Assembly (NCBI GenBank): GCA_965222075.1
Contig: OZ244937.1
Span: 4,864,001-4,928,000 of the forward strand
DNA: 64,000 nt
From: Candidatus Latescibacterota bacterium
Lineage (GTDB): Bacteria; Latescibacterota; UBA2968; GCA-2709665
Reading direction: 5' to 3'
The notes beneath the pieces are model-generated. The model did no database searches. It had not been told where the DNA came from and saw nothing but the letters and a program-made list of their open reading frames with translations. Below are positions 38,005 through 47,732 of this stretch, piece after piece; the first letter of the stretch is position 1, and the number at the start of each line of letters is the position of its first letter. Position numbers and translations under genes: made by a program.

Positions 38005-40083
38005 ATGGGAACGTCTGAGACCTATCGCAGGAAAATAGCCGTTGATCACACGAAGGTCTCAGATGAGGATCTGACCGACTTTCCACTGCTCATTGTCTTA
38101 GAGGACAGCGCGTTGAAGGGTGTGGCTTACGGCGGCGCCCAGCAGAAGGGTGAGGATATCCACTTTATCGGGGCCGACGGCAGTCGGCTGGACGGCGAGA
38201 TCGAGCGTTACGATGCCGCTACAGGCTCTTTGAGGGCGTGGGTGAGGATTCCGAGGCTTTCGCATACTGCGGATACGGAGATTTTCCTCTGTTACGGTCA
38301 GGGGAGCAGTGCTGGTGAGGGGTCGGTTTGGGGCTCGGGCTACCGGCTGGTCCGGCATTCGAATACCGCGCCGGGGGGGCATGAGATCGTTCTCCACGCC
38401 GAGGATTTGAACCTCAGGGATGCGATTACGGTGGAGGCCTGGTTTCACAGTGAAGAGGGGAGGTCAGACGCGTTTCAGGCGCTGGTGTCGAAGTGGTCGC
38501 TGCGTTCTGAGATGGATGCGTTTGAGACTTACGATGCTGAAAATACGGATGGCCTGGACACCAGGGGATTCTTCGGGGCGGTGTGCGACGGGCGGTATAT
38601 CTATTTTTCGCCTCAGTCCAACAGCAGCGGGCGCCACGGGGAGGCGCTGAGGTACGATTCTTATGGCGCATTTACGGATCCGGCGAGTTGGGTGGGGTAT
38701 TCTGCGGGAAGAACGGGGGAGATGAATACCAGAGGCTATTACGGGGCCGTCTACGACGGGCGGTACGTTTACTATATTCCGCGCAGGGACAATGACGGTT
38801 TTCACAACCGGGTGCTGCGGCACGATACGCGAGGAGACTTCAGAAGCCCGGAAAGCTGGTCCGCATTCGATGTAGGACATCAGATCTCCTATCAGAGCGG
38901 CGCGTTCGACGGGCGCTATGTGTACTGGGTTCCGGGGTTTGATGATTACGACCACGGCAACAGCGGCAGGGTGATGCGCTACGATACACAGGGCGCGTTT
39001 GACAATGCCCAGAGCTATGTCCTGTACGATGCGGGAAACACCTCCGGGCTGGGTTCGAAATGCTATGACGGGGCCTGCTTCGACGGGCGATACGTGTATT
39101 TTGCCCCGCTGGACGGCAATGAGAACAAGGGGATTGCGCTCCGGCTTGATACGGAAAGCGATTTCTCCTCGCCGGAGAGCTGGGCGGCTTTCGACGCGAA
39201 GGGGTCGGGGTTAGGCGTGTGTGTGGGCGCGATTTTCGACGGGCAGTATATCTACTATGTGCCTTATGCACACAGCGTGGTGGTTCGTTATGATCCCCAG
39301 GGAGATTTTCAAGACGTGGGAAGCTGGGAAGCGTACGATGCTGCGGATACGTCCGGTCTGGATACAACCGGATACGACGGCGCTGCGTTCGACGGACGCT
39401 ACGTCTATTTTATTCCCTTCCGGTACGGAAAGCAGAAGTTCACAACACCCCATGCCTGCCTGCTGCGTTACGATACGGAGGCGGGTTTCACAGATCCGGC
39501 AGGCTGGGACGCCATGGATGCAGGGGCGCACACGTCCAATCCGGGGGGGTTTAACGGGGGGACGTTTGATGGGCGCTACGTTTATTTTGCTCCCTGGCGG
39601 TTGGGCACCGATGAAAACGGCGGCATTATCAGCCACGGACAGGTGCTGAGGTACGATACCACAGATTCGGATGCTTCGTTTATCCTTAAATACGCGGAGT
39701 GCGGACATAACGGAGGGCTGTGCGCTGCCCTGCCGGGGCCGACGTTTTCGGTGAATACGTCCGAAGGGGTGCGCAATGTGCGGGCAAATCGCTCGCCCGG
39801 TCCGGGCTGGCACCACGTGGCGGGGGTTTACGACGGCGCCCGGCTTACTCTCTACGTAGACGGTGTCCCGGTGAACGAAGCGGAGGGAACGGGTTCCATC
39901 CAGGCCGGGCAGGCAGATGTTGGCATCGGCCGGATTGCGGGCGGGGGGGCGCAGTTCAAAGGGAGGGTATCCGAGGCCCGGATTTCGGATACGGCCAGGT
40001 CCGGGGCGTGGATTCAGACGACGTACCGGAATCTGAAGGCGCCTCATACGTTTGTCAGGGTTGGAGAGGAAGAACAGGAATAG
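38005..40083 (+). CDS. DUF2341 + LamG-like domain with inserted 7-repeat (FDGRY) beta-propeller, paralog 1
   Basis: DFPLL..GEDIHF..LDGEIERYD..AWVRIP; seven DGRY-type repeats; WHHVAGVYDG..LYVDG..EARIS..WI. Confidence 0.75.
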   Translation: MGTSETYRRKIAVDHTKVSDEDLTDFPLLIVLEDSALKGVAYGGAQQKGEDIHFIGADGSRLDGEIERYDAATGSLRAWVRIPRLSHTADTEIFLCYGQGSSAGEGSVWGSGYRLVRHSNTAPGGHEIVLHAEDLNLRDAITVEAWFHSEEGRSDAFQALVSKWSLRSEMDAFETYDAENTDGLDTRGFFGAVCDGRYIYFSPQSNSSGRHGEALRYDSYGAFTDPASWVGYSAGRTGEMNTRGYYGAVYDGRYVYYIPRRDNDGFHNRVLRHDTRGDFRSPESWSAFDVGHQISYQSGAFDGRYVYWVPGFDDYDHGNSGRVMRYDTQGAFDNAQSYVLYDAGNTSGLGSKCYDGACFDGRYVYFAPLDGNENKGIALRLDTESDFSSPESWAAFDAKGSGLGVCVGAIFDGQYIYYVPYAHSVVVRYDPQGDFQDVGSWEAYDAADTSGLDTTGYDGAAFDGRYVYFIPFRYGKQKFTTPHACLLRYDTEAGFTDPAGWDAMDAGAHTSNPGGFNGGTFDGRYVYFAPWRLGTDENGGIISHGQVLRYDTTDSDASFILKYAECGHNGGLCAALPGPTFSVNTSEGVRNVRANRSPGPGWHHVAGVYDGARLTLYVDGVPVNEAEGTGSIQAGQADVGIGRIAGGGAQFKGRVSEARISDTARSGAWIQTTYRNLKAPHTFVRVGEEEQE

Positions 40084-40207
40084 GAGAGGCCGTATGCACA
40101 GTGAAAAGCCCTTACGCGTCCGGAACCGAAAACAGATGTTTATCGATGACAGCGGTTTCTTGAGCGGTTTGGAGTTTTGTGATACAGATTGAGGTTAGAA
40201 CAGGCCT

Positions 40208-42148
40208 ATGACACGGCGCGCATTTATTATCGGACTTATCATATCCGCACTCACCACCCTCTGGCCGACCTATTCCAGCCTGATCGTCGGCTCTTCTCGG
40301 GCCGATTTTGCGCATCTGTCGGATGCGCTCCTCATCCCCTTTATCTGTCTGCTGGGGATTAACCTGATGCTGAGCCGGCGGAGGGACGGGCTGTCTCCGT
40401 CCGAACTTCTGACCATCTGCTGCATGGGGATGATCGCCGGGATGATGCAGGGGGAATGGCTCTCGGGCTATCTCTTAGGTGTGATTACGGCTCCCACCTA
40501 TTTTGCCACGCCTGAAAATCGATGGGCCGAAGTTATTATTCCCCATATGCCCGACTGGAGCATTGTGGCGGACAGGCCGGCCAGCATCGGATTTTACGAG
40601 AGCCTGCCGAAGGGGGCGAACATTCCGTGGGCGCCCTGGATCGCTCCGTTCCTGTGGTGGGGAGGCTTTATGGCCGCCGTGCTCCTGGCCGGCTTCTGTT
40701 CGATGATCCTTCTCCGGAAGCAGTGGATGGAGAACGAGCGGCTGGCCTTTCCGATTGCGACGGCCGTGCTGGAGCTGACCGGCGTTTCCGGTTCGGAGGG
40801 GACGCTTTCGAACCTGGTCCGGTCCCGGCTGTTCCGGATTGGCTTCTGGGCTGTGCTGCTTCTGTTTTTCTGGACGATCGCTACCTGGTTTATGCCGACG
40901 ATTCCCCTGCTTGAGTTTCCGATGACTTCGCTGTCGGCCAAGCGAATCCTGCTGGGGAAGGGGTTTCCCCCGTTCATGTTCTCGGTCCATCCGATGACGA
41001 TTGCGTTCAGCTATTTCACCAAGTCGGAGGTGCTGCTGAGCATCTGGTTCTTCCACTTGCTGGCCATCCTGCAGGTGGGGATTTTCAGCCGGATCGGCTT
41101 CGACATCGGAGGCTCGGACCCCTGGTGTTCGTTCGATCCGGCGATCGGATGGCAGAGTTTTGGGGGGATGATCGTGTTCGTGGGCTGGGGGCTGTGGACC
41201 GCCCGGGCGCATTTGAAGGAGGTCTTCCGGAAGGCATTTACCAGAAGGGGAGAGATCGACGATTCCGAGGAGCTGCTTTCCTACCGCACGGCGGTCTATC
41301 TGCTGCTCGCATCTGTGATGTATCTGATTTTCTTTCTGCGCCGGGCCGGAATGGACTGGGGGCCGCTTCTCGCCTTCTGGTTCGGGACGTTTATCCTCTA
41401 TATGGGGCTTGCGCGGATTATCGTGGAGAGCGGGCTGGTCTACCTGCGGGGGCCGATCACCGCGCAGGCGTTTACCTGGCACCTTTTCGGGATTGCCGGA
41501 TTGGGACCGCCCAGTGCGGTGGCCCTGGGGCTGACGTACACTTTTTTCTGTGATGCCAAGACGTTTGGCGTCACCGCGCTTGCCCACATTCCCCGATTTG
41601 GCGTTGCGATGAATCCGAGGCGCCGGCGGCTCCTGGTGCCGGCCGTTCTTGCAGGCGGGCTGGTGGGTGCGGTGACCGTTATCGGATATATCCTCCACCA
41701 GGGATACCACGTGCTGGGGAGTTACAATTTCGGTGTGGTCAGTTTCAACGGATCCAGCGACGGCGCAGTGGGGATCTGGTCGCTTACCACCAGCCGCATT
41801 CTGGAGGGGACGTTCGGAACGGACTGGAACCGGCTGAGCTTCTTAGGGATCGGCGCACTGGTTACCTGTCTGCTATTTTATTTCAGGTATCGGTTTCCCA
41901 CCTTTCCGATCCATCCGATCGGGTTTACGATTTCCGCTTCGGGCGTTCTGAGAAGCAGCGTGGCTTCGATTTTCCTGGTGTGGGTTACCAAGATCCTGCT
42001 GCTGAAGCTGGGAGGCTTAGACCTCTACCGCCGGACGGCTGTGCTTTTTCTGGGGATGGTGTTGGGGTATCTGACGGGGGTCGGGCTGGGGATTATCGTG
42101 GATACCATCTGGTTTAACGGGAATGGGCATAAGCTCAACGATTGGTAG
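40208..42148 (+). CDS. DUF6785/DUF6784-like membrane protein, paralog 3
   Basis: YFATPENRW, LRKQWMENERLAFP, SYRTAV, FPIHPIGF. Confidence 0.75.
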   Translation: MTRRAFIIGLIISALTTLWPTYSSLIVGSSRADFAHLSDALLIPFICLLGINLMLSRRRDGLSPSELLTICCMGMIAGMMQGEWLSGYLLGVITAPTYFATPENRWAEVIIPHMPDWSIVADRPASIGFYESLPKGANIPWAPWIAPFLWWGGFMAAVLLAGFCSMILLRKQWMENERLAFPIATAVLELTGVSGSEGTLSNLVRSRLFRIGFWAVLLLFFWTIATWFMPTIPLLEFPMTSLSAKRILLGKGFPPFMFSVHPMTIAFSYFTKSEVLLSIWFFHLLAILQVGIFSRIGFDIGGSDPWCSFDPAIGWQSFGGMIVFVGWGLWTARAHLKEVFRKAFTRRGEIDDSEELLSYRTAVYLLLASVMYLIFFLRRAGMDWGPLLAFWFGTFILYMGLARIIVESGLVYLRGPITAQAFTWHLFGIAGLGPPSAVALGLTYTFFCDAKTFGVTALAHIPRFGVAMNPRRRRLLVPAVLAGGLVGAVTVIGYILHQGYHVLGSYNFGVVSFNGSSDGAVGIWSLTTSRILEGTFGTDWNRLSFLGIGALVTCLLFYFRYRFPTFPIHPIGFTISASGVLRSSVASIFLVWVTKILLLKLGGLDLYRRTAVLFLGMVLGYLTGVGLGIIVDTIWFNGNGHKLNDW

Positions 42149-42244
42149 ACATGGACAGACAGCGAACGGTCGAGGGCAGCAATGGATGGCCAGGATATGG
42201 GGCTGGAGAATGAAACCAGCCCCAGGCTATTTGAAGCGTTTTCT

Positions 42245-43963
42245 ATGAAAATCGGTGGTGTCACGTTCATTCTTTTTCTGCTCCTGGCCATTCTGTCAGG
42301 CTGCTCACCTGATGCGCCCCCGGGTGTTGAGAAGGAAAAGATCGGCGAGGCGGGCGTTGCCGCCGGTCTGGGAACGCCCACCAAAGGCGGCACGTACGTT
42401 CTGGCCTACGGGGCTCCGGCCAACGCGTGGACGCTTGCGCCGATCTGGGATGGCTTCGATTTTCAACTCCTGCTCTACCCGTTTATCTACAATGCGCTGG
42501 CCGAGATGGGCGAAGACCTGCTGGCGTTCAGGCCGGGTCTGGCCGAACGCTGGGAGATCTCCGAAGACGGCCTGGAGGCCACCTTTCACCTGCGCAGGGA
42601 CGTGAAATGGCAGGACGGTCAGCCCTTTACGGCCGAGGACGTGGTGTTCTCAGTGAGGGCGTGGTTCTTAGTTGAGGATGCGTTTATCAACGATCCTCTG
42701 CTGGCGCTCCTGAAGGGCGCGCCGAAGTATCGCGAGGGCAAGGCTGAGGAACTGCCGGGGGTTGCGGTGGTGAGCCGGTACACGGTCCGGTTCTCCTTCG
42801 CACAGTCCAATCCGCTGTTTTTGTACGAGCTGAACCGGCGGCCGATCATGCCGAAGCACCTGCTGGAGGGAAAGATCCGGCGGGGGATGACCTTAGCCGA
42901 TGTGGGCGAGCTCGCGTTCGCCAAAAGGCCGGTGGGCACAGGACCCTTCAGGGTTGCGGCTTTTAAACCGGACGAGTATGTGGAACTCGAAAGGAATCCG
43001 GGTTATTTCCGGGGCGGACCCTATCTGGACAGGATTGTTATCCGTCTGGTTTCGACAGAGACGGTCATCGCGACGGGGCTGGAAACGGGTGAGATCCATT
43101 CGGCAGTGATCTGGAACAAGGAGCACTACCCGCGCCTGTTCTCGCTGGATCAGATCCGGGTCTGGGAAGATCCGGCAGCCACCGGCACTTTCAGTTTGAT
43201 TCCCAACCTGCGCTCCGAACGGAAAGGCCATCCGCTGCACGATGCGCGGTTCCGCAAGGCGATTCTGTATGCGATTCCCCGGAAGAAGATCTGCGATCAC
43301 CTGAGGATGGTCAGCCACCCGGCGCCGAATCAGGCGTATTCTCCCCGGTTTTTAGAGGGCCTTTCGTTGACGGATTACAGGTATAATCCGGAGAAGGCCA
43401 GGGAACTGCTGGCGGAGATGGGTTACGATCCAAAGACGGCGCCGGAGCTTATCTTAGCGCATCTGATTTTCGATAAGAGTCCGGAGCAACCGGCCATGCA
43501 GCAGGCCTTAGCTGAGGTGGGTATTAAGGTGAAACTGCTGGCGCTGGAGCCTCCGGCGGTGGTCAAGATGGTGGCGAATGCCGAGGGATGGGACCTGTTT
43601 CAAAGGTACCTGTCCCAGCACCCTGACCCGGGGTGGATGATCGGCGATCTCATCAAGTGCCAGGGGCCGCCGTGGGAGGTGTGCGGAATGGGGGCGATGT
43701 TCACCTGGAAGCCCACGCGTCGATACGTTGAAATCGAGCAGCTGCAGAGGGCAGAGCTGGATGCAGAGAGGCGGAAGGCGCTGCTGCAGGAGGGGATTCT
43801 GATTCTGGATCGGGAGATGCCCACGATTCCGCTGTGGACCGAGCCGAATGTCTACTTCATCAGCAAACGGGCGCACGGGAAGCACAACGGGGTGTACAAA
43901 TACGGCGCCGAGGTACACGTCAACATCGGGGCGGAGACGTGGTGGCTGGAACCGGAGGGCTAA
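42245..43963 (+). CDS. ABC substrate-binding lipoprotein, family 5 (peptide/nickel type), copy 1
   Basis: Lipobox LSGC; PGLAERWEISEDG..TFHLR.DVKWQDG.PFTAEDV.F; PVGTGPF. Confidence 0.9.
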   Translation: MKIGGVTFILFLLLAILSGCSPDAPPGVEKEKIGEAGVAAGLGTPTKGGTYVLAYGAPANAWTLAPIWDGFDFQLLLYPFIYNALAEMGEDLLAFRPGLAERWEISEDGLEATFHLRRDVKWQDGQPFTAEDVVFSVRAWFLVEDAFINDPLLALLKGAPKYREGKAEELPGVAVVSRYTVRFSFAQSNPLFLYELNRRPIMPKHLLEGKIRRGMTLADVGELAFAKRPVGTGPFRVAAFKPDEYVELERNPGYFRGGPYLDRIVIRLVSTETVIATGLETGEIHSAVIWNKEHYPRLFSLDQIRVWEDPAATGTFSLIPNLRSERKGHPLHDARFRKAILYAIPRKKICDHLRMVSHPAPNQAYSPRFLEGLSLTDYRYNPEKARELLAEMGYDPKTAPELILAHLIFDKSPEQPAMQQALAEVGIKVKLLALEPPAVVKMVANAEGWDLFQRYLSQHPDPGWMIGDLIKCQGPPWEVCGMGAMFTWKPTRRYVEIEQLQRAELDAERRKALLQEGILILDREMPTIPLWTEPNVYFISKRAHGKHNGVYKYGAEVHVNIGAETWWLEPEG

Positions 43964-43977
43964 GGGTGAGATTCAGG

Positions 43978-45678
43978 ATGAAGATTAGCGCGGTGGTATG
44001 GACGCTTTCTCTGTTCTTAATCGCGCTCTCGGGTTGTGCATCAGAACCGTCCCGGGAGGAGCGGGCTGGCGTTGTCGACCGCCCGAAGATGCCCGTTAAA
44101 GGCGGCACGTACGTGATGGCCTACCACGGGCCGCGCCACGCCTGGACGCTTTCGCCCTTCTGGGACGGGTTCGGGCATCAGATTGTGATCAACCAGTTCC
44201 ACTACAATACGCTGGCCGAGCTGGATGAGGATATGCAGACGTTTGCGCCGGGTCTGGCCGAACGCTGGGAGGTTTCCAACGACAGGAGAGAGGTGACCTT
44301 TCACCTGCGCAGGGACGTGAAATGGCAGGACGGTCAGCCCTTTACGGCCGAGGACGTGGTGTTCACGGTGCGGGCGTGGTTCTTGGTTACAGACGCCTAT
44401 GTCGATGAGCCGATTCTGACGTTGCTGAAGGGCGCGAGGGCGTATTTCGAGGGTGCGACGGAAAAGCTGCCGGCGGTTGCGGCGCTGGACCGGCATACGG
44501 TCCGGTTTACTTTTGCACAGCCCAGCCCGCTGTTTATGGACGAGCTGAACCGGCGGCCGATGATGCCCAAACACCTGCTGGAGGGCAAGGTCCGGCGGGG
44601 GATGACCTTAGCGGATGCAGGTGCGTTGGATTTTGCTAAAAAGCCGGTGGGAACCGGTCCTTTCAAGGTGGTCGATTACAAGGCGGACGAGTATATCCTT
44701 TACGAGAAGAATCCGCACTATTTCCGGGGAGAACCCTATCTGGATAAACTTATCGTGCGGCTGGTGTCGTCGGAAACGCCGATTGCCACCGGTTTGGAGA
44801 CGGGGGAGATTCACGCGGCGGTGATGTGGAACAAGGAGCACTTTCCACGCCTGTTTTCGCTGGATCACCTCACGGCGTGGGAGGATTCGATCGCGTTTGG
44901 TTCGTTCAGTCTGATGCCCAACATGCGCCCCGAGCGCAAAGACCATCCGCTGCACGATGTGCGGTTCCGGAAGGCGATGCTGTACGCGATTCCCCGGAAG
45001 AAGATTGCGGAGAACCTGCGGGTGGTAAGCCGTGGCGTGCCCAACCAGGTCTATTCACCCCGGTTTTTGGAAGGACTGCCGCTGACGGATTACAGGTACA
45101 ATCCGGAAAAGGCCAGGGAACTGCTGGCGGAGATGGGCTACGACCCGGAGGGGGCGCCGGAGCTTATCTTGGCGCACCTGATTTTCGACAAGAGTCCGGA
45201 GCAGCCGGCGATGCAGCAGGCCTTAGCTGAGGTGGGCATCAAGGTGAAGCTCCTGGCGGTTGAGACCGCAGGGGCGATCAGCCTGGTGGCGAACGCCGAG
45301 GGGTGGGACCTGTTTCAAAAGTACTCGCCGCAGTATCCGGATGCGGGATGGATGGTCAGCGATATGCTGAGGTGCTCCGGTCCGCCGTGGGAGCCGTGCG
45401 GGTGGGGAGCCATGCACACGTGGAAGCCGCCACCACGTTATGCGGAGATCGAAAAATTACAGCGGCAGGAGCTGGATCCGGAGAGGCGCAAGGCGCTGCT
45501 GCAGGAGGCGATTTTGATCCTGGATGAGGAGGTACCGGCGCTTCCGCTTTGGACGGAACCGAACGTCTATTTTATCAACAAACGGGTGCACGGGATGCAC
45601 AACGGGGTGTACAAATACGGGGGCCGCGTTCAGATTTACGTTGGGGCGGAGACATGGTGGCTGGAGCCGGAAGGTTGA
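43978..45678 (+). CDS. ABC substrate-binding lipoprotein, family 5, copy 2 (tandem paralog)
   Basis: Same motifs; long identical stretches with copy 1. Confidence 0.9.
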   Translation: MKISAVVWTLSLFLIALSGCASEPSREERAGVVDRPKMPVKGGTYVMAYHGPRHAWTLSPFWDGFGHQIVINQFHYNTLAELDEDMQTFAPGLAERWEVSNDRREVTFHLRRDVKWQDGQPFTAEDVVFTVRAWFLVTDAYVDEPILTLLKGARAYFEGATEKLPAVAALDRHTVRFTFAQPSPLFMDELNRRPMMPKHLLEGKVRRGMTLADAGALDFAKKPVGTGPFKVVDYKADEYILYEKNPHYFRGEPYLDKLIVRLVSSETPIATGLETGEIHAAVMWNKEHFPRLFSLDHLTAWEDSIAFGSFSLMPNMRPERKDHPLHDVRFRKAMLYAIPRKKIAENLRVVSRGVPNQVYSPRFLEGLPLTDYRYNPEKARELLAEMGYDPEGAPELILAHLIFDKSPEQPAMQQALAEVGIKVKLLAVETAGAISLVANAEGWDLFQKYSPQYPDAGWMVSDMLRCSGPPWEPCGWGAMHTWKPPPRYAEIEKLQRQELDPERRKALLQEAILILDEEVPALPLWTEPNVYFINKRVHGMHNGVYKYGGRVQIYVGAETWWLEPEG

Positions 45679-45736
45679 GTGGGAACTGCAAATTGGTTTT
45701 GGCGACCCCCATCCCGGGGTACGGCATGCCATGCCC

Positions 45737-46585
45737 TTACATATCTTCCACCCAGTGGCGGTAGAGGGGCTTTACATCGTCGGGCAGGGACTCGTAGACA
45801 TCCCTTTTTACGGGCGTGGATTCGTAGTTTTTCTCTCCTGTTTCAACCACCATGCGGGTGTGCTCCGGGGCGCCGATCATGGTGGGATTCAGGTTCAGCC
45901 ACCAGGGCGCATAGCGGACGATGAGGGCTACGCGCGGCCTGTCACTGCGGTTGGGCGCGACCGCGTGCCAGAGCCGGCTGTCGTAGAGAAGCACGCTGCC
46001 TGCGCTGCCGGAGACCTGGATCTCAGCCGGATGTGGGGCATCGGCGTCAACGCCCTCCATCCCTCCTGCCGAGGGATTGTTGTTCATCCGGTGGCTGCCG
46101 GGCAGGACGAACGTGCCGCCCGTTTGGGGACTGAAGGGTGAGAGCATCCAGATGGTGGACAGGTGCATGATCGCGTCTGGGTAGGGCGCCGGGATGCGCG
46201 ACGCGTTGGTCTGATTGAAGGGCCAGTCCGCATGCCAGTAGCCGCGCTCGTTTCCGGGATGGTTGATAACACAGTCGGTGCAGGAGATCCGCACGTATGG
46301 ACCGAACACGGCCTCGGCGATGTCCAGAATTCGCCGGTCTGCCAGATAGGGGGCGAAGGTCTGAGTGTGGTTGATGACCTGATTCAGGTTTCCGACGCCT
46401 TTGACGCCTACACGGTGACCGCGAGCTCTGGTCTTTTCCAGTTTCGCCCGCGATTTTTCATCATGGGCCGCCTGCGCTGCCACCACGCTGTCCCGCAGGT
46501 TGTCCATCCTGTCTTCGGAGATGACGCCTTCGATCACGCAAAACCCGTTCATCTCCAACTGGAGCGATTTTTCACTGACAGACAT
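45737..46585 (-). CDS. Phytanoyl-CoA dioxygenase family Fe(II)/2OG oxygenase
   Basis: WHADWP (HxD), GGTFVLPGSH, GSVLLYDSRLWHA, R.ALI. Confidence 0.9.
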   Translation of the reverse strand: MSVSEKSLQLEMNGFCVIEGVISEDRMDNLRDSVVAAQAAHDEKSRAKLEKTRARGHRVGVKGVGNLNQVINHTQTFAPYLADRRILDIAEAVFGPYVRISCTDCVINHPGNERGYWHADWPFNQTNASRIPAPYPDAIMHLSTIWMLSPFSPQTGGTFVLPGSHRMNNNPSAGGMEGVDADAPHPAEIQVSGSAGSVLLYDSRLWHAVAPNRSDRPRVALIVRYAPWWLNLNPTMIGAPEHTRMVVETGEKNYESTPVKRDVYESLPDDVKPLYRHWVEDM

Positions 46586-46677
46586 TGTTCCCTCTGCGGT
46601 TTTCAGGCTCGTAGCGTGTTGACCGTTTCCCGTTTGATAGTCAATATATCACGGCACAACGGAGAGTCAAGCATTTA

Positions 46678-46731
46678 ATGTGCGTCAACATTATCGGCGC
46701 GGAGACCTGGTGGATGGAGCCGCAGCTTTAG
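46678..46731 (+). pseudogene. C-terminal relic (17 codons) of a third substrate-binding protein
   Basis: MCVNIIGAETWWMEPQL* versus VNIGAETWWLEPEG* and IYVGAETWWLEPEG* at the ends of the two SBPs. Confidence 0.75.
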
Positions 46732-46741
46732 GGGGGGTGTT

Positions 46742-47713
46742 GTGAACCACTTTTTAATTCGACGGTTGCTGGTGCTGATTCCGGTTTTTCTGGGGGTTAC
46801 GTTTCTGAATTTCGTGCTGATGAATCTGCTGCCGGGAGATGCGGTGGACGCGATGATCAACCCCCGGGACTCGCAGCGCTGGACGCCGGAACAGATCCAG
46901 GCGAGGCGCGTTTCGCTGGGCCTGGACAAGCCCTGGTCCGTGCGATATGTGATCTGGCTGAAGGAGCTGGGGAAAGGGAACCTGGGGTATTCTTACTTCA
47001 CCAAGAAGCCGGTGATCGAGGAGCTGATCGCGCGTATGGGAGCGACGCTGAAGCTCCAGGTCGTTTCGTTCACGGTGGCCATCATATTTGGTATTGCGCT
47101 GGGTGTGTATTCCGCGCTCAGACAGTATTCTTTTTTTGATTACCAGTTCACGCTGTTCACCTATATGGGGATTTCCATCCCCACGTTCTTTTCCGCGCTG
47201 GTGATTATCTACGTGTTCGCCGTGAACCTGCGCTGGTTTCCCACCTCCGGCCTGCGGGTATACGGTGGGGAATCGTCCATTCTGGAGCAGCTGTGGTATA
47301 TGGCGCTGCCCACTTTTACCTTAGCCATCGGGAGCTGGGCAACGGTTATGCGCTTCTGTCGCACGAGCATGCTGGAGGTTTTGCAACAGGACTTTCTGAG
47401 GACCGCGCGGGCCAAGGGGCTGGCGAATCGCTCGGTGATCCTCCGCCACGCGCTGCGCAATGCGCTGCTACCGGTGATTACGATTATCGGGTTGAGCATC
47501 CCCAGACTCATTACCGGCTCCATCCTGGTTGAGACGGTTTTCGACTGGCCGGGGATGGGACAGTACAGCGTGCTGTCTATCGGACGGCGAGACTACCCCG
47601 TTTTGATGGGGGTGACGGTGATTTTCTCACTGGTTGTCCTGTTGAGTAATCTGTTGACGGATATTGCTTATGCGGTGGCCGATCCACGCATTCGGTACGA
47701 CCAGGCGAGGTAG
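46742..47713 (+). CDS. ABC permease, OppB/DppB-like
   Basis: LIRRLL, LPGDAV, RTSMLEVLQQDFLRTARAKGL..HALRNA EAA loop. Confidence 0.92.
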   Translation: MNHFLIRRLLVLIPVFLGVTFLNFVLMNLLPGDAVDAMINPRDSQRWTPEQIQARRVSLGLDKPWSVRYVIWLKELGKGNLGYSYFTKKPVIEELIARMGATLKLQVVSFTVAIIFGIALGVYSALRQYSFFDYQFTLFTYMGISIPTFFSALVIIYVFAVNLRWFPTSGLRVYGGESSILEQLWYMALPTFTLAIGSWATVMRFCRTSMLEVLQQDFLRTARAKGLANRSVILRHALRNALLPVITIIGLSIPRLITGSILVETVFDWPGMGQYSVLSIGRRDYPVLMGVTVIFSLVVLLSNLLTDIAYAVADPRIRYDQAR

Positions 47714-47732
47714 GTTTTTTGGGGGGAGTTGG

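Noticed and set aside
38550-39660. CRISPR or tandem DNA repeats (TTCGACGGGCG..TA, CGCTACGATACG), also at 54250-55340
   Set aside because: These are codons of propeller repeats inside intact ORFs, with degenerate units and irregular spacing
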